A stretch of 64,000 nucleotides of DNA, from the IMG/VR virus record IMGVR_UViG_3300015202_000004, positions 115,943-179,942 of that record, one strand, 5' to 3'. A model generated the notes under the pieces. That model did no database searches. It was not told the DNA's origin and saw only the letters and a list, made by a program, of their open reading frames with translations. Positions 25,457 through 35,545 of the stretch are shown here, in pieces. This DNA is from a virus. Positions within the stretch are counted from its first letter, which is position 1, and every line of letters starts with the position of its first letter. Made by a program: the position numbers and the translations under genes.

Positions 25457-27193
25457 TTATCGGGTCAAAACCGGATACAATTCCGCAATTTTTTTGACCG
25501 CACTACGCGGGTCGCCTTCGTATGAAGCCATTAGGTCAAAGATTTTCTCCGACCAGCCACCGATTTGTGCTACACGAGATTCACGGTCAAAGTTTGACGT
25601 GTTACCGCCAGTTAGATTGATTTCGTATAGGTAAGGTGTAGTTTCGCCGTTGGTTGTGCCCTGAACCCACGTTGCATACTTCTTCCATAGCTCGTTCAAG
25701 GACTGGCCGTAACCGTAAGAATTGTAGCATTGTGTGTCCGTGAAATACATAACACGGTTGGTGACAATTCTGTTATTGATTAGATAATCAAGGATTGTCC
25801 ACGCATTGGTTGACATACCAACCTTGCCAACAAGGTTGCCAATTGCATTTGCGGTATCAAGAATGTTTGCTGACGGGGTTACCGTATCAAACGTTGTACC
25901 GAATGCCGAAGCAATACCATCTTCAGATAGATGACTTGCCATTGCTGCCATTACAGTAGCAATTTCTTTCATCGTAACTGATGACTTGTCGTTTAGACGC
26001 GAGTCCATAGAACCCGAAACGTCTGCCGCGACAAGGGTACGACCTGTGAATTTTGGAATATTCGAAACCGAGTGGTTAAGAGCAATACTAAGCGCTTGAC
26101 GTAGTAGAGCCTTTGAATCACCCTTTGCAGGCTGATTCCACTTCGCGAACATGTCGCGATTCGAGTCCGCATAACTGTAGTATCGTAACGCATACTCTTC
26201 GCCCTCGATTGCCTTCATTGCTGAAAGGAATCGGAATGGAAGTTGCTTCGACTTCAATACTTCTTCTTTGCTCGTCAACTTCGTAACAACGTCATCCATT
26301 GAAATGTCGTTCTTCAAAAAGTTGTTCAAGTTACGAAGTACGGCCATGTAACCCATGTTAGGTAGTACATACGACCAAGTTTCCTCGGTTGAACCAAACT
26401 TCGATATAACAGTTTCCCACGTTGCGTTTGACTCGCGAACCAATTCCTTTGCTTTCGCATCGAACTTAGTCATCTTCATCAAGGCATCACGAGCCGCCGT
26501 CATTGGAAGCAATGACTTGAAAGCAAGGTTGGTCAATGGGGCACGGTGACCCGATTCAACAATTACACCCTCTTCAGCAACGCCGCGAAGAATATAGTTG
26601 AATAGAGCAGCCTGAACCGCATCCTTCGGCTTTGGGTGAACCAAACGAAGAACGTCCTTTAGCTTGACCTTTTTGTTGTCCTGGTCGTACTTAACCATGC
26701 TGTACTCATTGAATTTGTTGAAAGCAATTTCAAGAGACGAACGCAAATTCATTGGTAGCTTATGGTTGCCCTTATTGACATGTAGCCAATAAGCAACTGC
26801 TTCGGTGATTTCGTCTGGACGACCGAAAACCTTAGAAGCCATAAGAGTAACGTCAATAGGATATGCTGCGCTCTTCGATTTGTTCGCATGCATCGCACGG
26901 ATGCCTTCTACGAATAGAATCATCGGGATGCTACGAAGGTGCATTTCATTACGCAAGTATGCAGCAAGTTGGAATACAAACGCCGGGTCCTGCTTCGCGA
27001 TTTTGTTTACAAGCGTGACAATATTAGTGTATTCCGCGTTAGCAGATACATAAAACTTATCACCCGCTCCGCCGCCAAGTGACGTGGATGCAGTAACGTA
27101 AAGCGCTGTTTTGTCATCAAGCGTATAAGCGTTGCCGCCTGCAAGATTGACCGTGCGTGAGGTATCGACGGCGTTGGTATTAAACTTTGACAT
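25457..27193 (-). CDS. rsr: Ro60/TROVE-domain RNA-binding protein (Rsr-like)
   Basis: N.AGG.AY, YLRNEMHLRS, TWET, YMAVLRNL, QLPFRF, vWA MIDAS DVSGSM. Confidence 0.95.
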   Translation of the reverse strand: MSKFNTNAVDTSRTVNLAGGNAYTLDDKTALYVTASTSLGGGAGDKFYVSANAEYTNIVTLVNKIAKQDPAFVFQLAAYLRNEMHLRSIPMILFVEGIRAMHANKSKSAAYPIDVTLMASKVFGRPDEITEAVAYWLHVNKGNHKLPMNLRSSLEIAFNKFNEYSMVKYDQDNKKVKLKDVLRLVHPKPKDAVQAALFNYILRGVAEEGVIVESGHRAPLTNLAFKSLLPMTAARDALMKMTKFDAKAKELVRESNATWETVISKFGSTEETWSYVLPNMGYMAVLRNLNNFLKNDISMDDVVTKLTSKEEVLKSKQLPFRFLSAMKAIEGEEYALRYYSYADSNRDMFAKWNQPAKGDSKALLRQALSIALNHSVSNIPKFTGRTLVAADVSGSMDSRLNDKSSVTMKEIATVMAAMASHLSEDGIASAFGTTFDTVTPSANILDTANAIGNLVGKVGMSTNAWTILDYLINNRIVTNRVMYFTDTQCYNSYGYGQSLNELWKKYATWVQGTTNGETTPYLYEINLTGGNTSNFDRESRVAQIGGWSEKIFDLMASYEGDPRSAVKKIAELYPVLTR

Positions 27194-27251
27194 TTTATTT
27201 CTCTCTCTTCTTTCGTTCTTTCTAGTTCCAGCCTCTAGTGGGCAAGAATTT

Positions 27252-27281
27252 ATTATATAACAGTTTGTAGGTTCCTGTCAA
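27252..27281 (-). promoter_or_regulatory. sigma70-like promoter for the Ro60 gene
   Basis: TTGACA-N18-TATAAT. Confidence 0.7.
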
Positions 27282-27292
27282 CCTTTTGGGCA

Positions 27293-27322
27293 AAATAAAA
27301 AGCCTGGTGTTTCACCAAGCTC
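27293..27322 (-). terminator. terminator of the Y RNA array
   Basis: AGCTTGGTG-AAA-CACCAGGCT-TTTTATTTT. Confidence 0.75.
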
Positions 27323-27335
27323 GAAACGTTAATGA

Positions 27336-27493
27336 TTCAATAAAATCTTAAGAGAAGGAGCGAATACAGTATTTTTCGGTGCTACCCTTACACTACATCG
27401 GCACATTTGGAACCGACGCCGGGAATCGAACCACGGACTCGTTCTTGGATATAGAAGTAACTGGAATTCTATGCAACTTAAGACTTTATTCAA
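27336..27493 (-). ncRNA. Y-like RNA 5 (YrlA-type tRNA-like domain)
   Basis: Closing stem; GTTGCA and CAGTTACTTC motifs; T arm, then loop-closed acceptor stem, then D arm. Confidence 0.82.
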
Positions 27494-27500
27494 TTTTTAA

Positions 27501-27650
27501 AGTTTCGAGAGTAAAAGCGATAACAGTTTAAGTATTTCTACTGTTAGTTAGTCTTTCGATTAACCCTGCTAGGGTTTGAACCTAGCTCGCAAGTCCTTTT
27601 GAAGGATTTGTTTCATTCGAAGTAACTGTTTATCTGTGCAACTCGAAATT
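27501..27650 (-). ncRNA. Y-like RNA 4 (divergent effector domain)
   Basis: Same stem motifs; T arm CTAGG-TTCAAAC-CCTAG plus extra hairpins. Confidence 0.75.
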
Positions 27651-27659
27651 ATTTTTATA

Positions 27660-27791
27660 GACTAAGGAGAAGAAGCAATCTCAGAGATTTTACGTGCTAC
27701 CACTACACTACGTATCCGAGGATACGCCGGGATTCGAACCCGGCCTGGTCTTGTTATATAAGAAGTAACTGAAATTTGTGCAACCTTAGTT
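27660..27791 (-). ncRNA. Y-like RNA 3 (YrlA-type)
   Basis: CCGGG-TTCGAAT-CCCGG, CGTATCC/GGATACG stem, GTGT-AGTGGTA-GCAC D arm. Confidence 0.82.
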
Positions 27792-27800
27792 GATTTTTTA

Positions 27801-27946
27801 GTTTAGTGAGAAGAAGCGCTTACGGTCTTTTTGAGACTCCTGCTCTACCACTGAGCTATTCAGGCATATGTTGCCCGAAGCGGGATTCGAACACCGCGAC
27901 CATGAGTGTGTTAATGAAGTATCCGATAAACTGTGCAACACCAAAC
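27801..27946 (-). ncRNA. Y-like RNA 2 (YrlA-type)
   Basis: T arm with TTCGAAT, TTCGGGC/GCCTGAA stem, TAGCTCAGTGGTAGAGC D arm. Confidence 0.82.
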
Positions 27947-27963
27947 GTGTTTTTAAACTTTTC

Positions 27964-28044
27964 CAAAGAACTTGGGAGAAGAAGGCGCGGGCGGAGTTTT
28001 TCTTAACATGAAGTATCCGAACGCTGTGCAACCCAAGGACTTTG
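27964..28044 (-). ncRNA. Y-like RNA 1 (minimal, stem module only)
   Basis: GGTTGCACAG, CGGATACTTC, CTTCTTCTC motifs without a tRNA-like insert. Confidence 0.7.
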
Positions 28045-28143
28045 TTTAGTTATACATTTTATTCTAGTACAAAGCGCTGAGTTTGCCAACGCTTTTGTAA
28101 AGGATTAGCAAACTTTGTTTATTCGCTTGCTTAACTTTTTCGT

Positions 28144-28172
28144 AGTATATCACATGAAGGGCAACAAGTCAA
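28144..28172 (-). promoter_or_regulatory. sigma70-like promoter for the Y RNA array
   Basis: TTGACT-N17-TATACT with TG extension. Confidence 0.75.
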
Positions 28173-28177
28173 GGACC

Positions 28178-28432
28178 TTAATACCAACTTTGATTAGAAA
28201 TTTTTGTCAAAGTCGGTTCACTAGTCGAAATGACTACCCTATTATACTCCAGAGGCAGAACTGAATAATTATTGCATACGTCAACTTCTATCATTATAAG
28301 CACGTCAAAATTATTAGTTTCTGGCATCTGAATGATGTTCCCTTGGCAATGAGCGCCACCGTAAATGAAATCTACACGGTCGCCCAGAAAATAAACGCCA
28401 GAGGAAGCTTGGTTAAAGGTATCGTAGTGCAT
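28178..28432 (-). CDS. hypothetical protein
   Basis: 84-aa ORF. Confidence 0.55.
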   Translation of the reverse strand: MHYDTFNQASSGVYFLGDRVDFIYGGAHCQGNIIQMPETNNFDVLIMIEVDVCNNYSVLPLEYNRVVISTSEPTLTKISNQSWY

Positions 28433-28722
28433 AATTATACCAATCTAAAACAAAAGTCTTTTGTAAAGATATTATGCAAAATATACGATTATGTCTCTAC
28501 CAAAGTTTTGGAATATTGTTTTTTTCACAATATTTAATGATAAGCATCAGTTTTAATTCTTGTCGAGTGCCTTTAAAAGGCATATGAGGTGTTATATTGT
28601 TATCATTAAATTCAGTGCCGCTATGAGCATCTTCTATATGACCTAACCAATAGTACTTTTCTGGTTTTCCATTTACGTAAAGACGATACAGGCTAGAATT
28701 CTTTTGAAGTTTAAAACTAAAT

Positions 28723-30171
28723 TTAGGTATTGACTTTTCTGAGTAATCCGTCCGCAACTAAAATCCCCTGAATTGCCGCTTGGTTAAGTCCTCTTGTCCA
28801 ACCTGAACCGTCGCCTGCAACATATAAATTGTCTACAATCGTCATGCTATCGCTGTCAATAGCAACCTTATTACTAAAGAACTTCGCTTCAAGAGCATAC
28901 ATCAAAGTGTAATCCGAGGCAATACCTGGTAAAACATTATCCATCGCCTGAAGCATTTCATCAATTGCATACATTTGGCGATATGGAAGGGCCAAAGCAA
29001 TGTCGCCTGCCACTGCTGAAGAAAGCGATGGGACTAATGCACCTTCAGTAATTCGCTTATCGGTACTACGACGACCAGATTTAAAATCGCCATACCGTTG
29101 CACAAGAACATTACCACCGGATAACATGTTCGCCATTTTCGCGAACCCTTCGGCATACCCGTGAGGGTCATTGAAAGGTTCACTAAACGTCTTCGTAACC
29201 AAAAGGGCAAAATTGGTGTTCTCAGATTTTTTATCAGCATATGAATGTCCATTTACCAGTTTAATTCCTGTATCACGATATTCTTCAACCGCGACATAGC
29301 CACTATCGCACCAGCAAAATGTTCTCACTTTATCATCAAACTTAGGTGAACGATAAAGCATTTTAGGCTCGTAAATACCATTCTTCAGAAGCTTTTTGGT
29401 AATGACGTTAGGGACTTCTACTCGGACGCCAATATCAACTCCATTATTTAGCAACGGAATATTAAAGCTACTCATTGCCTTTCGGAAGAAATGACCACCA
29501 CTTCTACCAATTGATACTAAAACGTTTTGTGCGGTATACCTGTTGTTGTGAGAGTTGTTGTGCCCATCATCTGCATCAAAATCAGTTCCCAAAATGGTTC
29601 GAATATTAAAAGTATCATCAGTATTTTTATCAATAAATTCAACTTCTGCATTCAAAACAATCTCAACGCCATTGTCAACAAGATACTTGTACATGATATT
29701 CGTTGAGTCCAACATGTTGTCCGTACCTAAGTGACGAATGTTATATGTTTCAAGCTCCATGTGGTTGGCTAAGGCCAAAGCTCTCATGTTCAAAGCTTCA
29801 TCGCCAGGAACAAACATTCGCGATTCAACATCGGCCCGATGATTTAATGCTTGGCGAATCTTACGCTGTTCTTCCGTGGGCGAATAATCAAGCCACATCT
29901 GGTCTTGTTCTTCTAACAATTCTTGGTAACGAGCAAGCCCGGTTTTTTCATAAATGGTGCCGCCGACCTTGTGAGTCATGTTGACTTTACCGTCGCTATG
30001 TGCGCCTGCACCAGCGAAACCTTCGGTCAAGCTATCATCTTTACCACCAGAGCGAAGTTCGCCTTTATCCAAGATAATGATGTTTTTGTAGCCATTTCTA
30101 ACAAGCTTTAACGCGCAAAATAAACCAGAAGGACCAGCGCCTACAATGGCTAAATCATATACTTTTGACAT
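28723..30171 (-). CDS. FAD-dependent oxidoreductase/dehydrogenase
   Basis: VGAGPSG, GAGAHSDGK, DIGVRVE, VRTFC, AGDGSG. Confidence 0.92.
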   Translation of the reverse strand: MSKVYDLAIVGAGPSGLFCALKLVRNGYKNIIILDKGELRSGGKDDSLTEGFAGAGAHSDGKVNMTHKVGGTIYEKTGLARYQELLEEQDQMWLDYSPTEEQRKIRQALNHRADVESRMFVPGDEALNMRALALANHMELETYNIRHLGTDNMLDSTNIMYKYLVDNGVEIVLNAEVEFIDKNTDDTFNIRTILGTDFDADDGHNNSHNNRYTAQNVLVSIGRSGGHFFRKAMSSFNIPLLNNGVDIGVRVEVPNVITKKLLKNGIYEPKMLYRSPKFDDKVRTFCWCDSGYVAVEEYRDTGIKLVNGHSYADKKSENTNFALLVTKTFSEPFNDPHGYAEGFAKMANMLSGGNVLVQRYGDFKSGRRSTDKRITEGALVPSLSSAVAGDIALALPYRQMYAIDEMLQAMDNVLPGIASDYTLMYALEAKFFSNKVAIDSDSMTIVDNLYVAGDGSGWTRGLNQAAIQGILVADGLLRKVNT

Positions 30172-30527
30172 TATTTTTCTTCACTCTGCAATTTCTGAAA
30201 TAGGTCGAAAATGCCTTTTTCATACGTCCAGTCGGTTGAATTAAATATATAATATTGAACCACTGAAATGCCAAGGCGTACTGCTGCATCGGAATGATGC
30301 TGACCGTTAATAAGCCAATAAGAACCATCAGGACGCATGGCTACAATGCCGCTATTGTAATCTTCTTTATCCCAATGCTTCATGTGGTGTAGAACTTTGT
30401 CTTCAATTCGGTTACGCTGATAGTTTTGATGGTCGTTATTTAAAATATTGGGGTCAATAGTGATTCTTCTTACGTTATGCACTCCAATATTTAAAGCTTT
30501 TGCATAGTAATCGCTTAAATCTTTCAT
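30171..30527 (-). CDS. ParB-like nuclease-fold protein
   Basis: YQR...YWLINGQH motif. Confidence 0.6.
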   Translation of the reverse strand: MKDLSDYYAKALNIGVHNVRRITIDPNILNNDHQNYQRNRIEDKVLHHMKHWDKEDYNSGIVAMRPDGSYWLINGQHHSDAAVRLGISVVQYYIFNSTDWTYEKGIFDLFQKLQSEEK

Positions 30528-31341
30528 TAATTTCCTAATAATTCTTTCTGAATCTTAATCAACAAGTTTTCAATTTGTTGAAATGGCGGGTCTTGTGGTA
30601 AGGTTGTCACAAGCATGGCTGCATTGAATCGCTTCAATTCTTCGGCCAATACCCCACTTACAAACGTGTCCTTACCGTCTTCGTCTTTGCCCATGACAAC
30701 TAATTCTTCTAGCTTGTATTTGCCGTTTTTTACATCTAGCAAGAATTCACGGTCAGGGCGATATACTTCAAGGTTGCCTGTCTCAAGCACTTCGATAGCC
30801 ATACGATAGATACGAAGGGAATGAGAAATAAATTTTGTATCGTAGCCAAACTTTTCGATAAGGTTTACTCGACCCGTTTTATTCTTTATTTTGGTAAAAG
30901 CAGTTTTGACTTGCTGGAATGCGTAGCCGCCGCAAGTATAGCCAATGCGCTTGGAAAGAAACAATTCTTTATTGTCAAGCACTTGTTGAAAGACAGGATG
31001 AACAAATTTAACAGTTCGCTTTGGCATCCAAAGCATTTCCATCGCATGAACATTGTTCTTGAGGGCCAATGTAAACAATTTCGCTAAACTGTAATAACAA
31101 ATATCTTTACTTTGGTTCTCAATTTGCTCGCAACGGCCTAACCCAAGTAAATATCTTTCCGGTGAAAAAAAAAAACTCCCCTGATATCTGTGTCACTTGC
31201 GGGTGTATCAAGGCCATATGCTTTTGAGCCAGAAATAACTGAATATAGACAATTTTTTTCTACGTCAAAGGGTGGTGAATTTAAATCAAAAAATTCAGAT
31301 TCACTTAATTCTCCAAGGCTTGGCTTGGTTGTATAATCCAT
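30527..31341 (-). pseudogene. Pol-beta-superfamily nucleotidyltransferase (RlaP-like), frameshifted in a T11 run
   Basis: GSKAYGLDTPASDTDIRGVF in one frame continues as SPERYLLG...NVHAMEMLW in another. Confidence 0.8.
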
Positions 31342-32105
31342 TTATAAATTCTTTCTATATGGTGTAACCAATCGTCGTGATTCATTGCCATTTTTGACTT
31401 GTTACAACAATAGCAGGAAGAAACGCAATTGTCAAGTGTATAACCAATAGAATTGTTTTTACGGTCTATTCCGTTATAAAAATATTCCGAACCTGTTTTT
31501 GTCACTATTTTATTAGATGGCAACATACCACAATAATAACAATTATTTTTAACAAGCTTTTTCATTATTTCATCTGAAAGTTTAAATTCTAAATTACGTT
31601 TTTTAGCATTGTAAAGGTAATCTTTTTTTAATCTATTAAAACCCATTTGTTCTCTATCAGGGTTTGCTCTTATACAACCGCAACCAAATACGCCGTTGTT
31701 AGTGACACCGTTTAACCTCTTGTTTTCAATTTTGCCACAAATACATTGCACATCGGCCATGACTGTTCTTTTTGAATGACTATGATTTTCGATAGGCATA
31801 TAGCCAGTTAGTTTTAAAACTGTCCAGTTTTTATAAACCTTACCAACATGCCTTAAACTTCTCCAACTAAAAATATCATTACGCTCAAAACTACCAAGCA
31901 TTGAAGTGTAATGATTTTTATCTTTTGCATAAGCCAAACGTTTTTTTTCTTTAATTCCTTCGTTATTTTTTTCTCTGTATTTATTTTGACGTTTTAACGT
32001 ACACATTTTGCATTCGTGCATTAATTTATTTTTGGATTTGCTAAAATAAAATTCACTTGAATTTTTTTCGATTTTACATGTACTACATATTTTCATATTG
32101 CACAT
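31305..32105 (-). CDS. HNH homing endonuclease
   Basis: CYYCG, NGIDRKNNSIGYTLDNCVSSCYCCNKSK. Confidence 0.9.
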   Translation of the reverse strand: MCNMKICSTCKIEKNSSEFYFSKSKNKLMHECKMCTLKRQNKYREKNNEGIKEKKRLAYAKDKNHYTSMLGSFERNDIFSWRSLRHVGKVYKNWTVLKLTGYMPIENHSHSKRTVMADVQCICGKIENKRLNGVTNNGVFGCGCIRANPDREQMGFNRLKKDYLYNAKKRNLEFKLSDEIMKKLVKNNCYYCGMLPSNKIVTKTGSEYFYNGIDRKNNSIGYTLDNCVSSCYCCNKSKMAMNHDDWLHHIERIYKWIIQPSQALEN

Positions 32106-32550
32106 CCTTTCTTAAGGATATATGCAATTAAACCGAAAATATATTTATAAAATATGTAATTTTTTACACGTTTAATTATCTTATCGGATTAGCCACGTTT
32201 TTCTTTTTCTCTTCTTAGTCTAACAGACTCTTTGCCCGTCAAATAGCAATCTACACAGCTATTATTTAGGGGCAGATTCTTAGGCAGATTAACTAAAGCA
32301 GCCCTTTCTTCATCAGAAATGGGCCACTTTCCTCTACCTTCGCAAATCGTACACTTATCCATAAAATTCTTCTTTCACTATAACATATTTAGGCAAATCA
32401 GTCAAATCCGTGGGGTTGCCCAGAACTCCATGATACCATATTTTGTATAAGACGAATGTCAAAAAGCTAAAGTTATTTTGAATTTGTTCAACCCATGTTA
32501 GCTTTAAACAATAAATACCGTCTTTAATTTCGTACTCACTCAAAGGCTTA

Positions 32551-33102
32551 TCAAACACTGGTTACCAATTGGCGAGATTTTAATGTCCTTAAAATCTCTT
32601 CGACTATGGTATCAGACGTTGTGATATCAGCCGCAATATTTCTATAAGACACATCATATTCGTCTAACATGGCTTTAATCTTACCATCAATTTGAACGGC
32701 ACCATCGAAATTTTGATACCGTCCTGATTGCACGTATGGCTTGGTTCTTGTGAATAGATAATTTAAATTATCCCACTTACGAAATTCCTCAATCATAGCC
32801 GCATTCAAATGAGGACCATTCACATTATAAACAATTGACATAATAATTGGTGAATCTGTTAAGATTACATCAACTTTGCCTTGTAATCTTAACAGACGTT
32901 GTAATTGTTTTGCAAAGACATAAAATTGATTTTCCAGGATGTTCATATGGCCTTCCCAGACTTTATCTTTTGCATACTCTGTGACTAATTCACATAGAAC
33001 GCCTTGCCATTTTAATTTAGCAAAAGTTTCAGCAGCAATTGTTGATTTACCTGTGCCTGGTCCTGCAAAGCCATTAACCACGATTGGAGTCTTTAAAATC
33101 AT
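32551..33102 (-). CDS. NadR/AAA_28-type P-loop NTPase
   Basis: GPGTGKST, TEYAK, TDSP, GRYQ. Confidence 0.85.
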   Translation of the reverse strand: MILKTPIVVNGFAGPGTGKSTIAAETFAKLKWQGVLCELVTEYAKDKVWEGHMNILENQFYVFAKQLQRLLRLQGKVDVILTDSPIIMSIVYNVNGPHLNAAMIEEFRKWDNLNYLFTRTKPYVQSGRYQNFDGAVQIDGKIKAMLDEYDVSYRNIAADITTSDTIVEEILRTLKSRQLVTSV

Positions 33103-33504
33103 TTTATTTTCCTTATACCCAAATTAAATAACATATCTCCACTTGAATCGCTCGCCTGGAGATATGTTATGAAATTTTGATTACGCTCTTTCGAGAACTG
33201 TTTCGAGAACTACGCGAGTAACCGTGACGCCAATTTTAGCGACCATACGCTCGTTTTCGGAAAGACGACGTTGTGGACGACCGATGCCAATCCACACTTC
33301 TGGCATGACCGAGAAGTTGTGTTCCCAGTGTTCCGTTGTGCTTAACAGAAACTCTAAGAAATCTCTTTGAATGTGATTCATAAAATTATATCCTCCTTCC
33401 TATGGAGTTAACAAACTTGATTTAACCAGTATAACACATATAATCGGGCAAGTCAAGTAATTAAAAAAGAGCTATGTATTTTATTACACAAGCTCTTTTC
33501 TTTT

Positions 33505-34347
33505 TCAACCCTGGTTTTGTTCTCTTTTTTTATCTGCTAGAATCCTTCGGAAATTCGCTTCGGAAGCTGGACTTCCTGGTGATTCAAAAACTTTTCTATC
33601 ACCAAGTCGCATAACTCGGTGCTTGCCACCCCAAGGAACAATCGAACCAAAAGCCCCACCACCGTCCAAACTGTAAACCTGCGGGTTACCATGGTCATTG
33701 TGATGGTGTGACATAGGATTGTGACCGTGGAGAATTGTACCTAAATGGCCTTGATAGCTTCGCTGCCAATAAGGGTGTTCTTCAGATTCCTCTGGCTGAA
33801 AACCATTAGGAGAAGGATGAAAACGTCGAATCAACATTTTATCCGGCTCTTGCTCATTCATTTCATGGTAAGGATTAACTCCGCCATGAACGATGTGTCC
33901 TTTACCTTGCGAGTCTTCAAACGGTAAATATAACGGGTAATTACCCATTTCAGTCGTATGCCGAATGTAGTCGTCCCCTAGCTGGTTCTTGGTATCAGCC
34001 ATTTCGTGGGTTAGATTTTGAGGAATCTTCTTGCCTGTTGCCGCCGCATTAATCATATGCTGGCCGTAACGATGATGCGCCCAATCATGGTTGCCCAAGA
34101 TAGAAGAAACACCGTACTGCTTCATAAAATCAAGGGTTTCCTTGGATTGGTGTCCACGGTCAATATTGTCCCCAACGCTAAAAATACGCTGCTTATCTGG
34201 ATTCCAGTTAGCAGCCTTAAGAGCGCCCTTGACTCCATCCAAATCACCATGCGGGTCACCTATTACTAAATCATTATCAGTAGGGATAACATCGAATGCC
34301 GTTGGGGGTCGAGGAGATTGTAATAACTTGGGAGTTTTCTTCGCCAT
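33505..34347 (-). CDS. PPP-type metallophosphoesterase (ApaH/PrpE/Pnkp-like)
   Basis: GDPHG, GDNIDRG, GNHD, VHGG, HGH, LDGG. Confidence 0.9.
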   Translation of the reverse strand: MAKKTPKLLQSPRPPTAFDVIPTDNDLVIGDPHGDLDGVKGALKAANWNPDKQRIFSVGDNIDRGHQSKETLDFMKQYGVSSILGNHDWAHHRYGQHMINAAATGKKIPQNLTHEMADTKNQLGDDYIRHTTEMGNYPLYLPFEDSQGKGHIVHGGVNPYHEMNEQEPDKMLIRRFHPSPNGFQPEESEEHPYWQRSYQGHLGTILHGHNPMSHHHNDHGNPQVYSLDGGGAFGSIVPWGGKHRVMRLGDRKVFESPGSPASEANFRRILADKKREQNQG

Positions 34348-34371
34348 GGCTTACCTTTTATAGCAATAAAT

Positions 34372-34704
34372 TTATTCTTTGTCAATACCCTTGCTAGTTT
34401 TTGTTTTAGTGAAAGGGTTATAATAAACAATATTAAAGAAAGCTTCTTTATTACCATGTTCGCGCATAATTGCAAATAAATTTTCCAATTTATCGAGTTG
34501 CAACTTTTCCGGTGACCATGAACCCACTTCATTTTTAAAGAATACAGATTTTTTTTCTTGTTTACAAGTATATCCATAAACTTCAATCTCGAATTTCTCA
34601 ACTTTTAAACTTAAAAATTGCTCAAACATACCATATAAAGTAGTGTAAGTATTTTTATCTGAAAATTCGATTCTAAAATTGGAAACTTCACCTGGTTTTA
34701 ACAT
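34372..34704 (-). CDS. hypothetical protein
   Basis: 110-aa ORF. Confidence 0.55.
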   Translation of the reverse strand: MLKPGEVSNFRIEFSDKNTYTTLYGMFEQFLSLKVEKFEIEVYGYTCKQEKKSVFFKNEVGSWSPEKLQLDKLENLFAIMREHGNKEAFFNIVYYNPFTKTKTSKGIDKE

Positions 34705-34892
34705 TTTGCTAGACTTTCTTTATTGCTGTTTTCTATATTATAGTTTAATTTTATTCTTTGTTTGTATCTTTTTCCCCGAACACTTACGTGCAAAAACGGC
34801 AATGAGCGCGGCTTTCATGAATGATGAACGCCGTGAGTGAAACAGTAGCGCCCACGCATATCGCGCGGCACCGTTGCCTCGGATGCTGGTGT

Positions 34893-35366
34893 CTACGCTT
34901 CTGTGAGGTCCTGCACCATGCAATCACCATCGCACGAATCATCTGGACGATGTAGGCACCGCGCTTCCGTGGATGCGTCCCGCATTTCTTCGCCCGTTAC
35001 AGCGCGTATCAAACCGCAATCACCACAGCGGCGCACCCATTTCCCAACATCGCTTCTCCACGTTTTATGAGCGCACTTCTCGGGCGTCTGCGCTTCCGTG
35101 GATACGGATGTTCGGTCGCAATTACATCCCGCAATTTCACAGTAGACGAGTTCATCGGCGTGTGGCGTTTGATGACCACAGTCGAGACACTTCTCGGGCG
35201 TGGCTATGACGGGGCCGTCGCACCAGTCGCATTCAAAGTCGGGGGGCGGTCTTGTCGGTCGTCCGCCTTCTTGAATCGAAAGCTGATGTAGTCCAAAAAG
35301 ACCATGTTCGCACGTTGGCTTCGTGCTTAGGGTCGGGACTACGCTATCATCCATGACGTTGCTCAT
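34893..35366 (-). CDS. Cys/His-rich hypothetical protein in a GC-rich patch
   Basis: Multiple CxxC and CxH motifs; repeated STEA linker. Confidence 0.5.
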   Translation of the reverse strand: MSNVMDDSVVPTLSTKPTCEHGLFGLHQLSIQEGGRPTRPPPDFECDWCDGPVIATPEKCLDCGHQTPHADELVYCEIAGCNCDRTSVSTEAQTPEKCAHKTWRSDVGKWVRRCGDCGLIRAVTGEEMRDASTEARCLHRPDDSCDGDCMVQDLTEA

Positions 35367-35545
35367 TATCGTACTAGCAGGCCAGGAACCTGGGAGGTAG
35401 AAATCTGTCGTCCTTGTGCATCAAACGTTCCACGAGAATCCATAAAACCAAGCATATTCCCATTTGGGGAATAAACACCTTCTTGATTTCCCTGTGGGCG
35501 GGTCGTGGCAAGTAATTGGTTGGAGTTATTACGAATGTCCATGCA

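Noticed and set aside
27336-28044. CRISPR array or true tRNA genes
   Set aside because: Repeats are bipartite degenerate stems rather than identical direct repeats; tRNA arms are in permuted T-acceptor-D order with no anticodon arm; no cas genes in the window
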